Shown: positions 31,288 to 42,306 of the stretch, one piece after another
Numbering within the stretch: the stretch's first letter is position 1
How the letters are laid out: every line of letters begins with the position of its first letter
Origin: Trueperaceae bacterium
GTDB taxonomy: Bacteria; Deinococcota; Deinococci; Deinococcales; Trueperaceae
Assembly: GCA_965214405.1 (NCBI GenBank)
Contig: OZ243956.1
Coordinates: forward strand, 256,001 to 320,000
DNA: 64,000 nucleotides
Reading direction: 5' to 3'
Notes under the pieces: model-generated
What the model was told of the DNA's origin: nothing
What the model saw: the letters and a program-made list of their open reading frames with translations, nothing else
Database searches by the model: none
Translations under genes and position numbers: made by a program

Positions 31288-32589
31288 TTAGAGCTTGAGG
31301 TCGTCCTTAGAACCAGACGTGGACGGGCTCGAGCGGCGGGAAGGCGCGTTCACCCTCGCCCTCGCGTTGGCCGTCACGTCTCCTAGCGCCTCCACCTTTA
31401 ACCCTTCCGTGGCCTCCGCGACCTGCGCGTCGCGCACGCGGTCAAGGTAAGTTTTGGACTTGTCGATTTCGGCGGAGAGCACGTTGACGGTTTCTTTCAT
31501 CGCGCCAAGCGCGGCCACGCGGTACTCGGTCACCGCGTCCATCACGGCGTAAACGTTCTGAAACGCCTTTTGAAGCTGCTGCACGTCGACCGCGCTTCCC
31601 GCGGCCTGCGCGTGAACGTCGGTAGATTGCTTCTTGAGCAGCGACGAGGTCGATTCGATGAGGTTGCCCGTGGTGGTGTTCAGCGCAGAAATCTGGTTTA
31701 GCACGAGCTTTTGGTTCGCCAGCCCCTGCGACACCATCACCGCGGTGCGCAAGGCCGAGACCGTGGTGGTCGAGGCGCGGTCGACGCCCTTAATGAGTTC
31801 CAAGTTGTTTTTGCGCACCAGGTCGAGCGCCAAATACCCCTGGATGCTCACGGCAAGTTGCGTCTGCAAATCCTGCACCTTTTGCCGCACGTAAAAAAGC
31901 ATCTCCTCTTTGACCACTCGAGCCTTTTCGGGCTCCGTGCGCTCTAGTTCCGTCACCCGCGCTTCCAGCGCCACGTCCACCTTTTTGGCGAGGTAGATGT
32001 AAGACTCGAGCCGCTTCATCGTCTCCCACAGACTCACTTTCTCCTCTTCGACCGTCGCGTTGTCCTTGCGAAGCTCGTCTTGACCGTGATACAAGGCTTC
32101 TAAAATTTTGTCCAGATGCCCCTGCGCGGACTGGTACTTGAGAAAATAGTCGCGCACGTTTTTACCGAGCGGGATGACGCCAAAAAGTTTCTTGGGCGCG
32201 AACATCTCGCTCTGCCGCGCGGGGTCCAAATCCTCGACCGTTTTCCGGAGGTCCACAAGCGTTTTGGACACCTTCGATTTGGAGTCCGACGCCTCTTTCA
32301 TCGCGTTCATGGGCCGCTCCAAAAAGCGGTTCGACACGCTCGCCGACTCGCGGATGGCCTCGTTGCCGAGGCTGTGAACCGCCATCACCTTGTTTTGAAA
32401 CTCTTCCGTCCCGACGGGCGCGAGGATGACCGAGTCGATAAAATCTGTTACTTTTTCGTCTAACAGCGCCTGGGTCGCCTCATCGAGCGGCACCATCCGG
32501 TCCGCCTGCTCGCGCGCGACGGGTTTCACGGGCTTGGGCGGCTCGAGCGTCTCGGGAGGGGTGAGGGGCGCGTCCGGGTGGTCGGTCAT
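31288..32589 (-). CDS. Toxic anion (tellurite) resistance protein, TelA family
   Basis: Coiled coil with NNLELIKGVDRASTTTVSALRTAV. Confidence 0.85.
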   Translation of the reverse strand: MTDHPDAPLTPPETLEPPKPVKPVAREQADRMVPLDEATQALLDEKVTDFIDSVILAPVGTEEFQNKVMAVHSLGNEAIRESASVSNRFLERPMNAMKEASDSKSKVSKTLVDLRKTVEDLDPARQSEMFAPKKLFGVIPLGKNVRDYFLKYQSAQGHLDKILEALYHGQDELRKDNATVEEEKVSLWETMKRLESYIYLAKKVDVALEARVTELERTEPEKARVVKEEMLFYVRQKVQDLQTQLAVSIQGYLALDLVRKNNLELIKGVDRASTTTVSALRTAVMVSQGLANQKLVLNQISALNTTTGNLIESTSSLLKKQSTDVHAQAAGSAVDVQQLQKAFQNVYAVMDAVTEYRVAALGAMKETVNVLSAEIDKSKTYLDRVRDAQVAEATEGLKVEALGDVTANARARVNAPSRRSSPSTSGSKDDLKL

Positions 32590-32940
32590 GGGGGCTCCTT
32601 TGGGAGGGGCTAGTGGTGAGTGGTGAGAAAAAGCGTTGGGGTGTGAAGTGGGTGGAGTTTCTTTTCGTGGAGGCTCGAGGGGACTACGCAGGGCTTTATT
32701 AGCAGCTTAGTGGAAGCGGGATGAGAAAGCGTTGAGAGAGTGAGCAAGCTCGAGTCGCGTGAGAAATTCAAAAGCGAAAGCGAAGCGTCACCTCATGAAG
32801 CCCTTTCCGCTACGCCAATTTATCACGCACGGTCGCGCGTGGCCCCCTTCTTTCGTAGCATAAGTCGAGCGCCGACGTAGTCGCGGGCGGCTGGGCGAGG
32901 TGTTTGAAAAGTTGAGCGAGAGAGCCTTTCCGAGGCACCC

Positions 32941-33585
32941 TCAATCGTCGGTAAAACCGTTTTTTCTGGCCCACACGACGACTTCGGCGCGGGAGCGGAG
33001 GCCGAGTTTGTCGTAGATGCGTGAGACGTAATTGCGGACCGTCTGTTCGGCCAAGTCAAATTCAGCGGCGATGCGGCGGTTGTTCCAGCCCTGGCCGATG
33101 ACCTCGACGAGTTCGCGTTCGCGGGCGGTCAGCTCGAGCGCCCTCTCCAAATGGTCGTCCACGGGCCGCGTGGTGAGCATTTTGTCGACGACCGCGCGGG
33201 AGAACCAGGTGCCGCCCTTGACGACGGCGTGAACCGCGCTCACCAGCGCCTCGGTGGCCTCGTCTTTGAGCAGGTATCCTGCCACCCCCGCCCGGACGAC
33301 GCCGTGGATGTAAGCGTCGTCGTCATAAGCGGTCAAGACGAGCACGCGGACGTTACGGTGCGCTTTGGCGAGGTCGGCGATGGTCACGAGCGGCGTGGGT
33401 CCCGGCATCGAGAGGTCGAGCAGCACCACGTCCGGCGCGTGCTGCTCGCAAAGCGCCACCGCCTCCTCACCGTTGGTCGCCTCGCCGACAATGCAGATGT
33501 TCGGCTCCTCGGCTAAGGTCGCGCGGATGCCCGAACGCACGAGCGGGTGGTCGTCGGCCAGGAGGACGCGGATGGGCTCAGCCAC
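32941..33585 (-). CDS. NarL/LuxR-family response regulator
   Basis: ADDH..DLSMP receiver domain plus LTARE LuxR HTH. Confidence 0.92.
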   Translation of the reverse strand: MAEPIRVLLADDHPLVRSGIRATLAEEPNICIVGEATNGEEAVALCEQHAPDVVLLDLSMPGPTPLVTIADLAKAHRNVRVLVLTAYDDDAYIHGVVRAGVAGYLLKDEATEALVSAVHAVVKGGTWFSRAVVDKMLTTRPVDDHLERALELTARERELVEVIGQGWNNRRIAAEFDLAEQTVRNYVSRIYDKLGLRSRAEVVVWARKNGFTDD

Positions 33586-33825
33586 CGAGGCCCTTTGAAG
33601 CGTGCGCGGTCATCCCTACTGACCTCGCTTCTTTCGGGCATTTTGGGCAGGGGTGGACATTGGTAGGCGAGGACCAACACGGGTTGCTCGGCTCATTCAT
33701 GAAAAGACTTTACCATCCCAACTTGGGGAGGCCTTTATAAAATTTTTCCGGGAGAACAAAGGTCGCTGTTTGGGTCCTCGAGCGCTCCGTCATCTCTACA
33801 CACAAAGGCGTTGCACCAAGCCTCA

Positions 33826-34551
33826 TCACAGCGTAGGCTTTAGCGTGTAGGAAACAAGCCGCTCGCCCCCAAGCAGCCTGACGCCGTCGGCAGACCTCAC
33901 CCTTAATAGACCCTCGGTTGTGACGCCTTCTGCGACACCTTCTATAACATCTTCTGCGTGACCAGTGTCCATAAAGCCTACCTTTTGACCCTCGAGCACA
34001 TCAAAAGGTGCAAAGCGTTCGGGCAGCGTGTCGGGCTCTAGGAGCGCGTTGAGGCCGCGAGCCAGGCCCTCGAGCACCACCATGTGAACCCCCTCGACGT
34101 CCCAGCCCTTGAGCGCGGCGAAGTCTTGAGGCACAGGATTGTTGACGTTCACGCCCACCCCAATGAGCAGGTGCTCGCGCGCAACTTCGGCCAAGATGCC
34201 GCCCAGCTTCCGGCCTTTGTAGAGAATATCGTTGGGCCACTTTATCCCAACGCGCGCGCCGTAGGTGGGAAAGGTTTCAGCGAGCCCCACCGCTAAGGCC
34301 ACGCTCACGACGCCCCGGTTTGGAAGGGGCGCACCGTAACGCACCGCGAGCGTTTGGTAGCTGCCGCCTCGAGCGCTCGACCAGTCGCGCGCGCGCCTGC
34401 CCCGCCCCGCCTCCTGCGCCGCCGCGCGGATGACGAGGCCGTGGACCTCAGCGCCCACCTCGAGCCGCGCCCTCATCGCGTCCTGGGTCGAGGGAAGTGT
34501 ATCGAACGATTCTATACGAAAGGGGATGCTCAACTCAGCGGGTGAGCGCAA
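33826..34551 (-). CDS. birA: Biotin-protein ligase
   Basis: QEAGRGRR, KWPND, KLGGIL, GVGVN. Confidence 0.92.
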   Translation of the reverse strand: MRSPAELSIPFRIESFDTLPSTQDAMRARLEVGAEVHGLVIRAAAQEAGRGRRARDWSSARGGSYQTLAVRYGAPLPNRGVVSVALAVGLAETFPTYGARVGIKWPNDILYKGRKLGGILAEVAREHLLIGVGVNVNNPVPQDFAALKGWDVEGVHMVVLEGLARGLNALLEPDTLPERFAPFDVLEGQKVGFMDTGHAEDVIEGVAEGVTTEGLLRVRSADGVRLLGGERLVSYTLKPTL

Positions 34552-37500
34552 CGCCTTTCACCGCCCCGTCCACCATCTTCTCGTCCGTCGTCTTGGAGAT
34601 GCTGAACACGCGGCTTACCCCGCGCTCGGTGGTCACGCCCCAGAGGGTGTCGGCGGCCTCCATCGTGGCTTTTTGGTGGGTGATGAGCACAAACTGGGTG
34701 CCCGCGCCCGCGAGCGACTCGACAAAGGCGCAGAAGCGGCGGATGTTGGCCTCGTCTAGGGGCGCGTCGACCTCGTCCAGAATGGCGATGGGCAGCCCCC
34801 GCGCCTCGCGCTCGCCCGTGAGGGAGAAAAGAAACGCGAGCGCCCCCATCGTCCTCTCGCCAACCGAGAGCAGGTTGAGCGCGCGCGTCCTCTTACCGGG
34901 AGGCTGGAGCGCTATTTTCAAACCCACAGGCCGCCCTTCGGCGTGCTCGACCTCGATGTCGGCCACCGCCTCGGGGCCGAAAAGCCCCTTGGCGTGATGA
35001 GCGAAAGCCGTACGCAGGCGCGTCAGGGCCTCGCCCAAACGACGGCTCGTCTCGGCGTCGATGTTGTGCAGGAGCGTACCCAGCTCGTCCACCGCCGCGG
35101 CGGCCTCCGCGCCCTCGGCGCTTAGCGCGTCTAGGCGCGCCCGCTCCTTTTCCCAATCGTTCTGCGCCCGGTGATTCACGGGGCCGATGCTGGCAAGCTC
35201 ACGTTCGGCTGAGGCCAACCTCTCGCGCAGCGTCCGGGGCGACCCATCAAGGAGGGGCAGGCCCGCCGGGAAAGCGGCGAGTTCTCCTACCGCGCCCTCG
35301 AGCGTCGTCTCACGCCGCGCGAGCGTGAGCGCGAGGTTTTCCGCCTCGGCGGCGCGGGCGGCCTGCGCGCCGCTCTCTTTGGTCAAGGCTTCTTCCGCCG
35401 CCTCGCCCTCGAGGCGCGCTTCGGCGTAGGCGGCTTCAACCTGCGGGAGGTCGCGGGGCAGCGCGGCTTCGGCGCGCTGCAAGGCTTCTGTCAGCGCCGC
35501 CTGCGCTCCCTCTTGCGCTTCTCGTTCCGCGGCAAGCACCGCCGCTCTACCGCGTAAGGCCTCGAGCCGCGCACGTCCCTCTTCAAAGCGCACCTGCGCG
35601 CCTTCAAACGCCCCAGCCCGCTCCCGAAACACGCCGAGCGCCCCCTGCGCTTCATAAAGGCGGCGGGCGGACGCCTCACGCTCCTGCGTTGCCGCCTCTC
35701 GAGCCGCTCGAGCCGCCTCCTGCGCCCTTTCTAACGCAGGTAAGTCCGCCTCACCCACGGTGTCTTTAGCCGCCTCTTCAGTCTCCTCTTTTACCCCAGG
35801 CGAAACGAGCGCGTCCAGTTGCGTCTGGAGGGTGCGCCCCAGCCGCTCCAACTCGTCCGCGCGCGAGCGCCGCGTGGCGAGCGCGCCTTGCGCCTCGGTG
35901 AGCGCCGTTTGGATGCGCCCAAGCATTTCCCGGAACATCACGACCTCGCGCGCATTCTTTTTGAACGCCTCCTGCGCCGCCACAACGGATTCTTTCAAGC
36001 GCGCGGCCTCCCCTAACGCGCCCTCTGCTGCCCGCTCTGTTTCTTCAAGTTCGGCGGCGGCACCCAGTAAACCCGTATTCATCTGGCGCTTGCCCCCGGT
36101 CACCGCGCCGGAGGTCTCGAGCAGATCACCCCCGAGCGTGACCAGCCGGGGCCGCAAAGCGTGCGCACGGGCGAGCGCCACCGCCGCTTCGGTGGAGGTG
36201 ACCACGACCGTGTTGCCTAAGAGCGCCGCGAACACGCCCGCGTAGCGCGCCTCAAAGGCGACGAGGTCCAAAAGGAGGCCGACCACGCCTGGTGCGTTTT
36301 GGAGTGTGCCGAGCGCCGTCGCCCGACCCGAGACAAGCTCGAGCGGGAGCAGCGTCGCCCAGCCGCCCACGCGTTTGAGATGTACCAGAACCGCCTGCGC
36401 GACCTCCGCGTCCTCCACCACCACGTTTTCCGCGCGCCTGCCGAGGGCGCTGCTCGCCGCTACCTCGTAAGCCTCGGGCACCCGCAGGAGGTCGGCCACG
36501 GAGCCAATCACGCCCGGTAGCCCCGAGGTGAGCGCCTGCCGCGGCCCGTGGGTGTAGCCCTGGCGCGCCTCAAAGGCGCTCCGGCTCCGCGCGCGCGCCC
36601 TCTCCAAAGCGAGCGCTTCCGCGTGGGCATTGGCGTGGTCGCGCTGGACCGTCTCGAGCCCCCCCCGCGCCCTCCTCTCCGCCGCCTCCGCCCCCCGCAA
36701 CGCCTCACGCGCCGCCGCCACCTCGTTCTCGAGCGTTGTCACCCGCTCAGGGTTTACGTCGGGCAACGCCCCCAGCCGGTCTCTCACCTCGTCTAACTGC
36801 GCCTCGAGCGTCTGTCTCTGACTCTTATAAACCGCGAGCGCTCGAGCCTTTTCAGCTTCCGCGGCGCGGGCGGACTCTAAGCGGCGGGTCTGGGCAGAAA
36901 GGGCGTCGGCGGCAGTTCTAACCGCACGTTCCGCATTGGCTGCGCCCTCTTGCGCGCGGACGACCGCCGCATGGAGCGCCGCGTCGTCGCCCTCGGGGGG
37001 TGTGGGTGGCGGCGCTGCTCCCAACGCCGCTATCTCTTCGGCTAAGCTCGCTGCCTCGCGGCGAAGCGCGCCTAGCCGCGCCTGCGCGCCCCTAAGCCGC
37101 TCCTGCGCCACGCGGAGGTCACCGCGCCGCGCTTCGGCCTCCCCCACCGCCCGCCGGTAGGTTTCTTCGCGCTCTCCCAAAATGTGCCTTGCCTCACGCA
37201 GGCGCGCCTGCGCCGCTTGGAGCGCGTCTCGGCCCGCCGCGACCACGCCCCGCGCCTCCGCCGCCTTTTCTCTTAGCGCGCCGAGTTCGGTTTCCAACGC
37301 CTCGACGCGCTGAACGCTCCCGGTGTAGCGCAGGTGCAGCACCTCGCGGTTGAGAGAAGCGGCGCGCGCGGCTTCTTTGGCTTCGGCCTCAAGCCGCGCC
37401 ACCTGCGCGCGCAGTTCGCGCAAAATGTCTTCTAAACGCTCGAGATGATCCCTCGCCGCACCCAGCCGCGCCTCCGCGCCGTCGCGCCGGGCCGATAACT

Positions 37501-37984
37501 TGGCGACGCCCGCCGCCTCGGCCACGTAACCGAGCAGCGTCGCGGGGTCCGCCATCAGCACCCCGCTCACCTCGCCCTGGCCGATAAGCGCCAGCCCGCC
37601 CCGGCCCAAACCGGAGCCCGAGAGCGCGTCGTCCAGGTCCAAAAAGCGCGCGTTCTGGCCGTTCAAGAGAAGTTTGGTCTGACCGTCACGGAACAGGTTG
37701 CGCGCGATGTGGAGTCGCCCCGAGGTACCCTTAAGCTCGAGTTCGACCTCCGCATACGACACCCCCTTCCGGCCCGCCGCCCCGTGAAAAATCAGGTCGG
37801 TCTTCTCGTCGGCCCGAAACTCTTTGGCCCGCCCGCCCCCACTCGCCCAGCGCAGCGCGTCGATGATATTCGACTTGCCCGAGCCGTTGGGACCCACCAC
37901 CGCCGTGACGCGGGGCGAAAACTCGACGGTCGTCCGGTCGCCAAAACTTTTGAAGCCGTGCAGGGTGAGAGAAGTGAGGCGCAT
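34535..37984 (-). CDS. smc: Chromosome segregation protein SMC
   Basis: GFKSF, GPNGSGKSN, hinge, LDEVDAPLD, ITH. Confidence 0.93.
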   Translation of the reverse strand: MRLTSLTLHGFKSFGDRTTVEFSPRVTAVVGPNGSGKSNIIDALRWASGGGRAKEFRADEKTDLIFHGAAGRKGVSYAEVELELKGTSGRLHIARNLFRDGQTKLLLNGQNARFLDLDDALSGSGLGRGGLALIGQGEVSGVLMADPATLLGYVAEAAGVAKLSARRDGAEARLGAARDHLERLEDILRELRAQVARLEAEAKEAARAASLNREVLHLRYTGSVQRVEALETELGALREKAAEARGVVAAGRDALQAAQARLREARHILGEREETYRRAVGEAEARRGDLRVAQERLRGAQARLGALRREAASLAEEIAALGAAPPPTPPEGDDAALHAAVVRAQEGAANAERAVRTAADALSAQTRRLESARAAEAEKARALAVYKSQRQTLEAQLDEVRDRLGALPDVNPERVTTLENEVAAAREALRGAEAAERRARGGLETVQRDHANAHAEALALERARARSRSAFEARQGYTHGPRQALTSGLPGVIGSVADLLRVPEAYEVAASSALGRRAENVVVEDAEVAQAVLVHLKRVGGWATLLPLELVSGRATALGTLQNAPGVVGLLLDLVAFEARYAGVFAALLGNTVVVTSTEAAVALARAHALRPRLVTLGGDLLETSGAVTGGKRQMNTGLLGAAAELEETERAAEGALGEAARLKESVVAAQEAFKKNAREVVMFREMLGRIQTALTEAQGALATRRSRADELERLGRTLQTQLDALVSPGVKEETEEAAKDTVGEADLPALERAQEAARAAREAATQEREASARRLYEAQGALGVFRERAGAFEGAQVRFEEGRARLEALRGRAAVLAAEREAQEGAQAALTEALQRAEAALPRDLPQVEAAYAEARLEGEAAEEALTKESGAQAARAAEAENLALTLARRETTLEGAVGELAAFPAGLPLLDGSPRTLRERLASAERELASIGPVNHRAQNDWEKERARLDALSAEGAEAAAAVDELGTLLHNIDAETSRRLGEALTRLRTAFAHHAKGLFGPEAVADIEVEHAEGRPVGLKIALQPPGKRTRALNLLSVGERTMGALAFLFSLTGEREARGLPIAILDEVDAPLDEANIRRFCAFVESLAGAGTQFVLITHQKATMEAADTLWGVTTERGVSRVFSISKTTDEKMVDGAVKGVALTR

Positions 37985-38027
37985 GAGGGAGAGTGTAACG
38001 TGTGGAGCGTGAGTTTGGGCAAGTTGG

Positions 38028-38100
38028 GATGAGTACCTAGTACCGAGTCCGGAGTAAACTGCTCATCACCCGTTACTCAGCACTCAGTCCTCGGTACTTC
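38028..38100. repeat. Heptamer tandem/inverted repeat hairpin
   Basis: GAGTACC/TAGTACC/GAGTCCG ... TACTCAG/CACTCAG/TCCTCGG. Confidence 0.6.
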
Positions 38101-38120
38101 TTACTCTTCTCTCCAATCAC

Positions 38121-39494
38121 TCAACCAAGCTTTCCCAGTGCCTCCAGCAGCGCCGCGCTCGTCTCGATGCCGCGGTAGTAGTTCACCAGGTCGAACGACT
38201 CGTTGGGCGAGTGGGCGCGGTCGCTCTCGAGTCCCAGCCCGACCAAGACCACGTCGGCTCCCAACGCCTTTTGAAAGGTGCTGACGACGGGGATGGTGCC
38301 GCCCGTGCGGGCGAAGATGGGCTCCTGGTCGTAAACCTCGCGCAACGCGCTCGCCGCCGCCTTGACCGCGGGTGATTCCAAGGGCGTCAAGGCAGGCTCG
38401 CCGCCGTGCAAGTTTTCGACCTCAACGGTGAGGCCCGGAGGGGCAAGCTCGAGCAGATAGTCCCGCAGCTTCTCAAAAACATCATCCGGGCGCTGGTCCG
38501 GCACCAGGCGACACGAAATCTTTGCCATCGCCTTGGCGGGGATGACCGTCTTCGCGCCCGCGCCCTGAAAGCCGCCGCCGATACCGTTCACGTCCAAGGT
38601 GGGCCGCGCCCAGAGGCGCTCGAGCACCGTATAGCCCGCCTCACCGGGGGTCGCGGTGAGGTCTAAGTCCTCGGCAAACTCGCTTTCGTCAAAGGGCACC
38701 CGCTTGAACGCCTCGCGCTCGGCGTCCGTGATCTCTTGCACCGCGTCGTAAAAGCCGGGCACGGCGACGCGTCCCGTATCATCGTGGAGCGCAGCTATCA
38801 TTTTGGCGAGACCGTTGATCGGGTTGGGCACGCCCCCGCCGAACGCGCCCGAGTGCAGGTCCATCGCCGCGCCCCTCACCCTCACCTCGGCGTAGGCGAG
38901 ACCCTTGAGACCGTAGGTAATCGTCGGAACGCCGGGAGCCGCCATCGCGCCATCCGAGATGACCACCACGTCAGCGGCCAAAAGGTCGCGGTGGGTTTCG
39001 ATAAACGCGCCCAAGCTGGGAGAGCCGATTTCCTCTTCACCCTCGACAAGAAACTTTAGCGTGACGGGCAGCGCGCCCTGCGTTGCAAGCAGCGCCTCCG
39101 CCCCCTTCACGTGCGCGTAAACCTGCCCCTTATCATCCGACGCGCCCCGCGCGACGATCTTTTCGTCCGTCACGACGGGCTCAAAGGGCGGCGAGGTCCA
39201 CAGCTCGAGCGGCTCGGGCGGCTGCACATCGTAGTGACCGTACACGAGCACCGTCGGCGCGTCCGCGTCACCTACGCGTTCGGCGTAGACGACCGGATGG
39301 CCCGCCGTCTCCATAATTCGTGCGCTTAAACCCGCCCGCTCGAGCCCCACCCGCACAAACTCGGCGGCCCGCCGCACGTCGCCGCGTCTCTCGGGGTCGG
39401 TGCTAACAGAAGGAATACGCAAAAACTCGAGGAGTTCCTCGAGCTGACGGGGTCGGGCGTTTTGAAGGTAGCGTGGTAAATCTGTAGAGACCAT
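38121..39494 (-). CDS. M20-family dipeptidase
   Basis: YGHYDVQP, RGASDDKG, EGEEEIGS, HSPNE. Confidence 0.92.
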   Translation of the reverse strand: MVSTDLPRYLQNARPRQLEELLEFLRIPSVSTDPERRGDVRRAAEFVRVGLERAGLSARIMETAGHPVVYAERVGDADAPTVLVYGHYDVQPPEPLELWTSPPFEPVVTDEKIVARGASDDKGQVYAHVKGAEALLATQGALPVTLKFLVEGEEEIGSPSLGAFIETHRDLLAADVVVISDGAMAAPGVPTITYGLKGLAYAEVRVRGAAMDLHSGAFGGGVPNPINGLAKMIAALHDDTGRVAVPGFYDAVQEITDAEREAFKRVPFDESEFAEDLDLTATPGEAGYTVLERLWARPTLDVNGIGGGFQGAGAKTVIPAKAMAKISCRLVPDQRPDDVFEKLRDYLLELAPPGLTVEVENLHGGEPALTPLESPAVKAAASALREVYDQEPIFARTGGTIPVVSTFQKALGADVVLVGLGLESDRAHSPNESFDLVNYYRGIETSAALLEALGKLG

Positions 39495-39586
39495 GAAAGG
39501 GAGTATAGCGCGCTCAACGCGCGACGTTTCGCGGGAGATGAGTGACCAATCCGCGGCTTCACCCCGCCGCTTCTAGTCACTCACCA

Positions 39587-39997
39587 CTAATCGCTCTCTT
39601 CATCTGGCGGGTTCAGCGCCCCCGCATAGGTCTGCATCCGCTCCTGCAACTCCCCCTGCAAACGCCCGATGCGCCCTTCCATACTGTCCTGGAGCGTGTC
39701 GAGCTCACGGCGCAGGCGGATAATCTCCTCGACGCCCGCCAAGTTGACGCCCAACTCTTGCGTCAGGCGGCGGATTTCTTGCAGGTGTTCGATGTCGCGC
39801 TGCGAATAAAGCCGGGTTTTGCCCGCGCTGCGGCTGGGCTCGATGAGGCCTTTTCGCTCGTATAAGCGCAGCGTCTGCGGGTGCATGTCCACGAGTTCGG
39901 CGGCGACGCTTATCACGTAGAGCGGGCGGTTTTTGAGGGTGTCTCCTTTTTTATTTATATTGTTCATGTTGTCCACTTCTTCCGCTTTTTCCGTCAT
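39587..39997 (-). CDS. hspR: Heat-shock repressor HspR (MerR family)
   Basis: [22 protein letters not shown]...GVNLAGV; downstream of dnaJ. Confidence 0.9.
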   Translation of the reverse strand: MTEKAEEVDNMNNINKKGDTLKNRPLYVISVAAELVDMHPQTLRLYERKGLIEPSRSAGKTRLYSQRDIEHLQEIRRLTQELGVNLAGVEEIIRLRRELDTLQDSMEGRIGRLQGELQERMQTYAGALNPPDEESD

Positions 39998-41001
39998 ATC
40001 AGGCTCCCTTGACTCTCCCCCAAGAGCGCGCGCCGCACCCCGCGCCAGAGTCCCCGCCAGACTCTCACCTCGAGCGTCGCAATGAGGTCGCCCCCCGCCA
40101 GACCGCCGCCCGCCACCCGCACCGTCTGACCGTCCACCGCGCCCTTGGGCACGTTTAACGTGACGCCCAAGTCACTTAAGGAGATGGACGCGCCGCGGCT
40201 CGCCTCGAGGGGCGTCACGGCCACGGGCGTTTTTAAGTCTCTGCCCACAAGCTCAGCGCCCGCGGGCACCCGCACCGTCACCGTTACAAACGCGTCGCCC
40301 GGCGGGCGGCCCGGCCCGCCCAGACCCTTGAGGCGCAGCTTGACCCCGTCGCGGACGCCCGTAGGCACCTCGACCTCGACGAACGCCCCCGCGCGCACCA
40401 CGCCGCGACCCCCGCAGACGGGGCAAGGCGCGCCCGCCTCTAGGCCCGTACTCCGGCACTGCGCGCAGACGCTCGGGCCGGGCACGCGCACCCGGCGCGT
40501 CACGCCCGCCCGCGCCTCCGCCACGGACACGCTCAGGGCCACCGCGCGGTCCTCGCCGGGCAGCAGGCCCGAGTTGCGCATCATGCCCGTCATCACCCCG
40601 AAGAGCGCGTCGAACACGGCGTTGCCCGTGCGCGGCACCTCGCCCCCGTACCCCGCGCCCCGTGTGCTCCAGTCGATGGTGATGTCGGCTTCCCTAAAGA
40701 CCGTTTCCCAGTCCACCGTCGAAAAGTCGGGCCGACCCTGCACGCCCCCGTCAAATCCGCCGCCATACGCGTTCCCGCCAAAGCGGTCATAGCGCGCCCG
40801 GCTCTCGGGGTCGCGCAGCGTCGCGTAGGCCTCGGAAATCTCTTTGAAGCGCTCTTCCGCCGCTCCGTCGCCTGGGTTGCGGTCGGGGTGGTAGCGGAGC
40901 GCCAGCTTGCGGTAGGCGCTGCGGATCTCGTCGGCGTCCGCCGTGGAGGCGACGCCGAGCACGTCGTAGGGGTTGCGCAGGGTTCGTGTCACTCTCACCA
41001 A
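39994..41001 (-). CDS. DnaJ-domain chaperone (J-domain, one CxxC pair, C-terminal domain)
   Basis: [11 protein letters not shown] motif. Confidence 0.9.
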   Translation of the reverse strand: MVRVTRTLRNPYDVLGVASTADADEIRSAYRKLALRYHPDRNPGDGAAEERFKEISEAYATLRDPESRARYDRFGGNAYGGGFDGGVQGRPDFSTVDWETVFREADITIDWSTRGAGYGGEVPRTGNAVFDALFGVMTGMMRNSGLLPGEDRAVALSVSVAEARAGVTRRVRVPGPSVCAQCRSTGLEAGAPCPVCGGRGVVRAGAFVEVEVPTGVRDGVKLRLKGLGGPGRPPGDAFVTVTVRVPAGAELVGRDLKTPVAVTPLEASRGASISLSDLGVTLNVPKGAVDGQTVRVAGGGLAGGDLIATLEVRVWRGLWRGVRRALLGESQGSLI

Positions 41002-41010
41002 TATACATTA

Positions 41011-41031
41011 TTTGAGTCTGGAAGTGTCAAG
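41011..41031 (-). promoter_or_regulatory. HAIR-like HspR operator overlapping the -35 TTGACA
   Basis: CTTGACA-N7-ACTCAAA versus HAIR consensus CTTGAGT-N7-ACTCAAG. Confidence 0.7.
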
Positions 41032-41239
41032 TTAGCCTATCAAACCCAAAAGTTATGGCAGGAGTGTCAGGCTTGTTCGAGCGCCGCTACGCGCTAGATT
41101 CTCTTCAGAAGAAGATTTTTCGGGACCCTTCTGAGTGTTGGGACCACGCCTCCCACATATGACTGACCACCTATGACAGTAAGACGGTAAGCGAAAACGG
41201 TGGACGGGCTCACGACGTGTCATAGTAGGAATCCACACC

Positions 41240-41563
41240 ATGAAAAAGTTTCTTTTACTCACCCTGACCCTTGCCGCGCTGCTCGCGCTCAGCGCTTGCC
41301 GCAGCGAAACCCAAAACAGAGTGCGCCGCAACATCCAAGACTTCACGGGCCAGCGCATGTACATTAGCCTCTATAGTCTGGACGGCACGGTTATTTATCA
41401 GGGCACCGTCGACGGCAAGGTCACCCGCGCGTCGGGGACGCTAAGCGGCAGCAACGAAGCGGCCTCCGGCACCTATATTTTTTGGTACGACGACAGAGGG
41501 CGCTATCACCAGACCGACCTCCCCTACCTGCTCACCAACTTTGACCAGAACGAGTCGCAGTAG
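41240..41563 (+). CDS. Small lipoprotein, unknown function
   Basis: MKK + hydrophobic stretch + LSAC lipobox. Confidence 0.8.
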   Translation: MKKFLLLTLTLAALLALSACRSETQNRVRRNIQDFTGQRMYISLYSLDGTVIYQGTVDGKVTRASGTLSGSNEAASGTYIFWYDDRGRYHQTDLPYLLTNFDQNESQ

Positions 41564-41657
41564 GCGCTTGGGATTCTAGGGGTAGTTTTAACAAGGCAGT
41601 CAGAACGGGTTTCGTTACAAAACTTGAGCGGCTGGTCGCCCGCCGTAAGCTTACGGA

Positions 41658-42227
41658 CTATCGGCTACCGATAGCTTTAATAATCCTCCGCGCATACAGC
41701 GCCACCTCCCTAGGCTCCCGAAAAAGCGACGTGACCGTTGCGCCGTCGATCACCAGCATCAGTTCGTGCGAAAAGGCTTCGGGATCATTTAAGCCTGCTC
41801 GGCTGGCTAGCCCCTCGAAAAAGGTCCTGACCGCCTCTTTTTGTTCCAGCGTCAAGTCTCTGACCTCGTCCCCTTCGGCCCCCATCTCGATGAGCGCGTT
41901 GAGAAACGAGCAGCCTCGGTAGCTGTCGCTTTGCATCCATTCTAAGTGCATCTCGACCGCCCTCTCGAGCTGCTTTTCGGGATCACCCAAGCTTTCTACT
42001 GCCCTAAGCCACTCGAGCCTCTGCGCCAGCCTGCGCGCCAAAACCGCGCGGATAAGCGCCTTTTTAGAGGCGAAATTGTAGTAAAGCGTGCCCCGCGCCA
42101 CGCCCGCCCTTTCAAAAATTTCGTTGATGCCCACGTTGGTAAAGCCGCGCGCGTAAAAGAGTTCGGACGCCGTTTCTATGAGCCGTTCTCTTGCTTTGGA
42201 TGCGTTTTTTGAGACATATTTTGACAC
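41658..42227 (-). CDS. TetR/AcrR-family regulator (NemR/ComR-like)
   Basis: AGVARGTLYYNFASK, RGCSFLN; leaderless TATAAT-N6-GTG. Confidence 0.9.
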   Translation of the reverse strand: MSKYVSKNASKARERLIETASELFYARGFTNVGINEIFERAGVARGTLYYNFASKKALIRAVLARRLAQRLEWLRAVESLGDPEKQLERAVEMHLEWMQSDSYRGCSFLNALIEMGAEGDEVRDLTLEQKEAVRTFFEGLASRAGLNDPEAFSHELMLVIDGATVTSLFREPREVALYARRIIKAIGSR

Positions 42228-42239
42228 AACACCATTATA

Positions 42240-42282
42240 TAGACTAAGCTGTCTAATATCTGTGTTTGGACAAGTGAGTCTA
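42240..42282. promoter_or_regulatory. Two TetR operator palindromes in the divergent promoter region
   Basis: TAGAC-N6-GTCTA (42240-42255) and TGGAC-N6-GTCTA (42267-42282), NemR-box-like. Confidence 0.65.
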
Positions 42283-42306
42283 AATGTAGATGTTAAGGAG
42301 GCCTTG

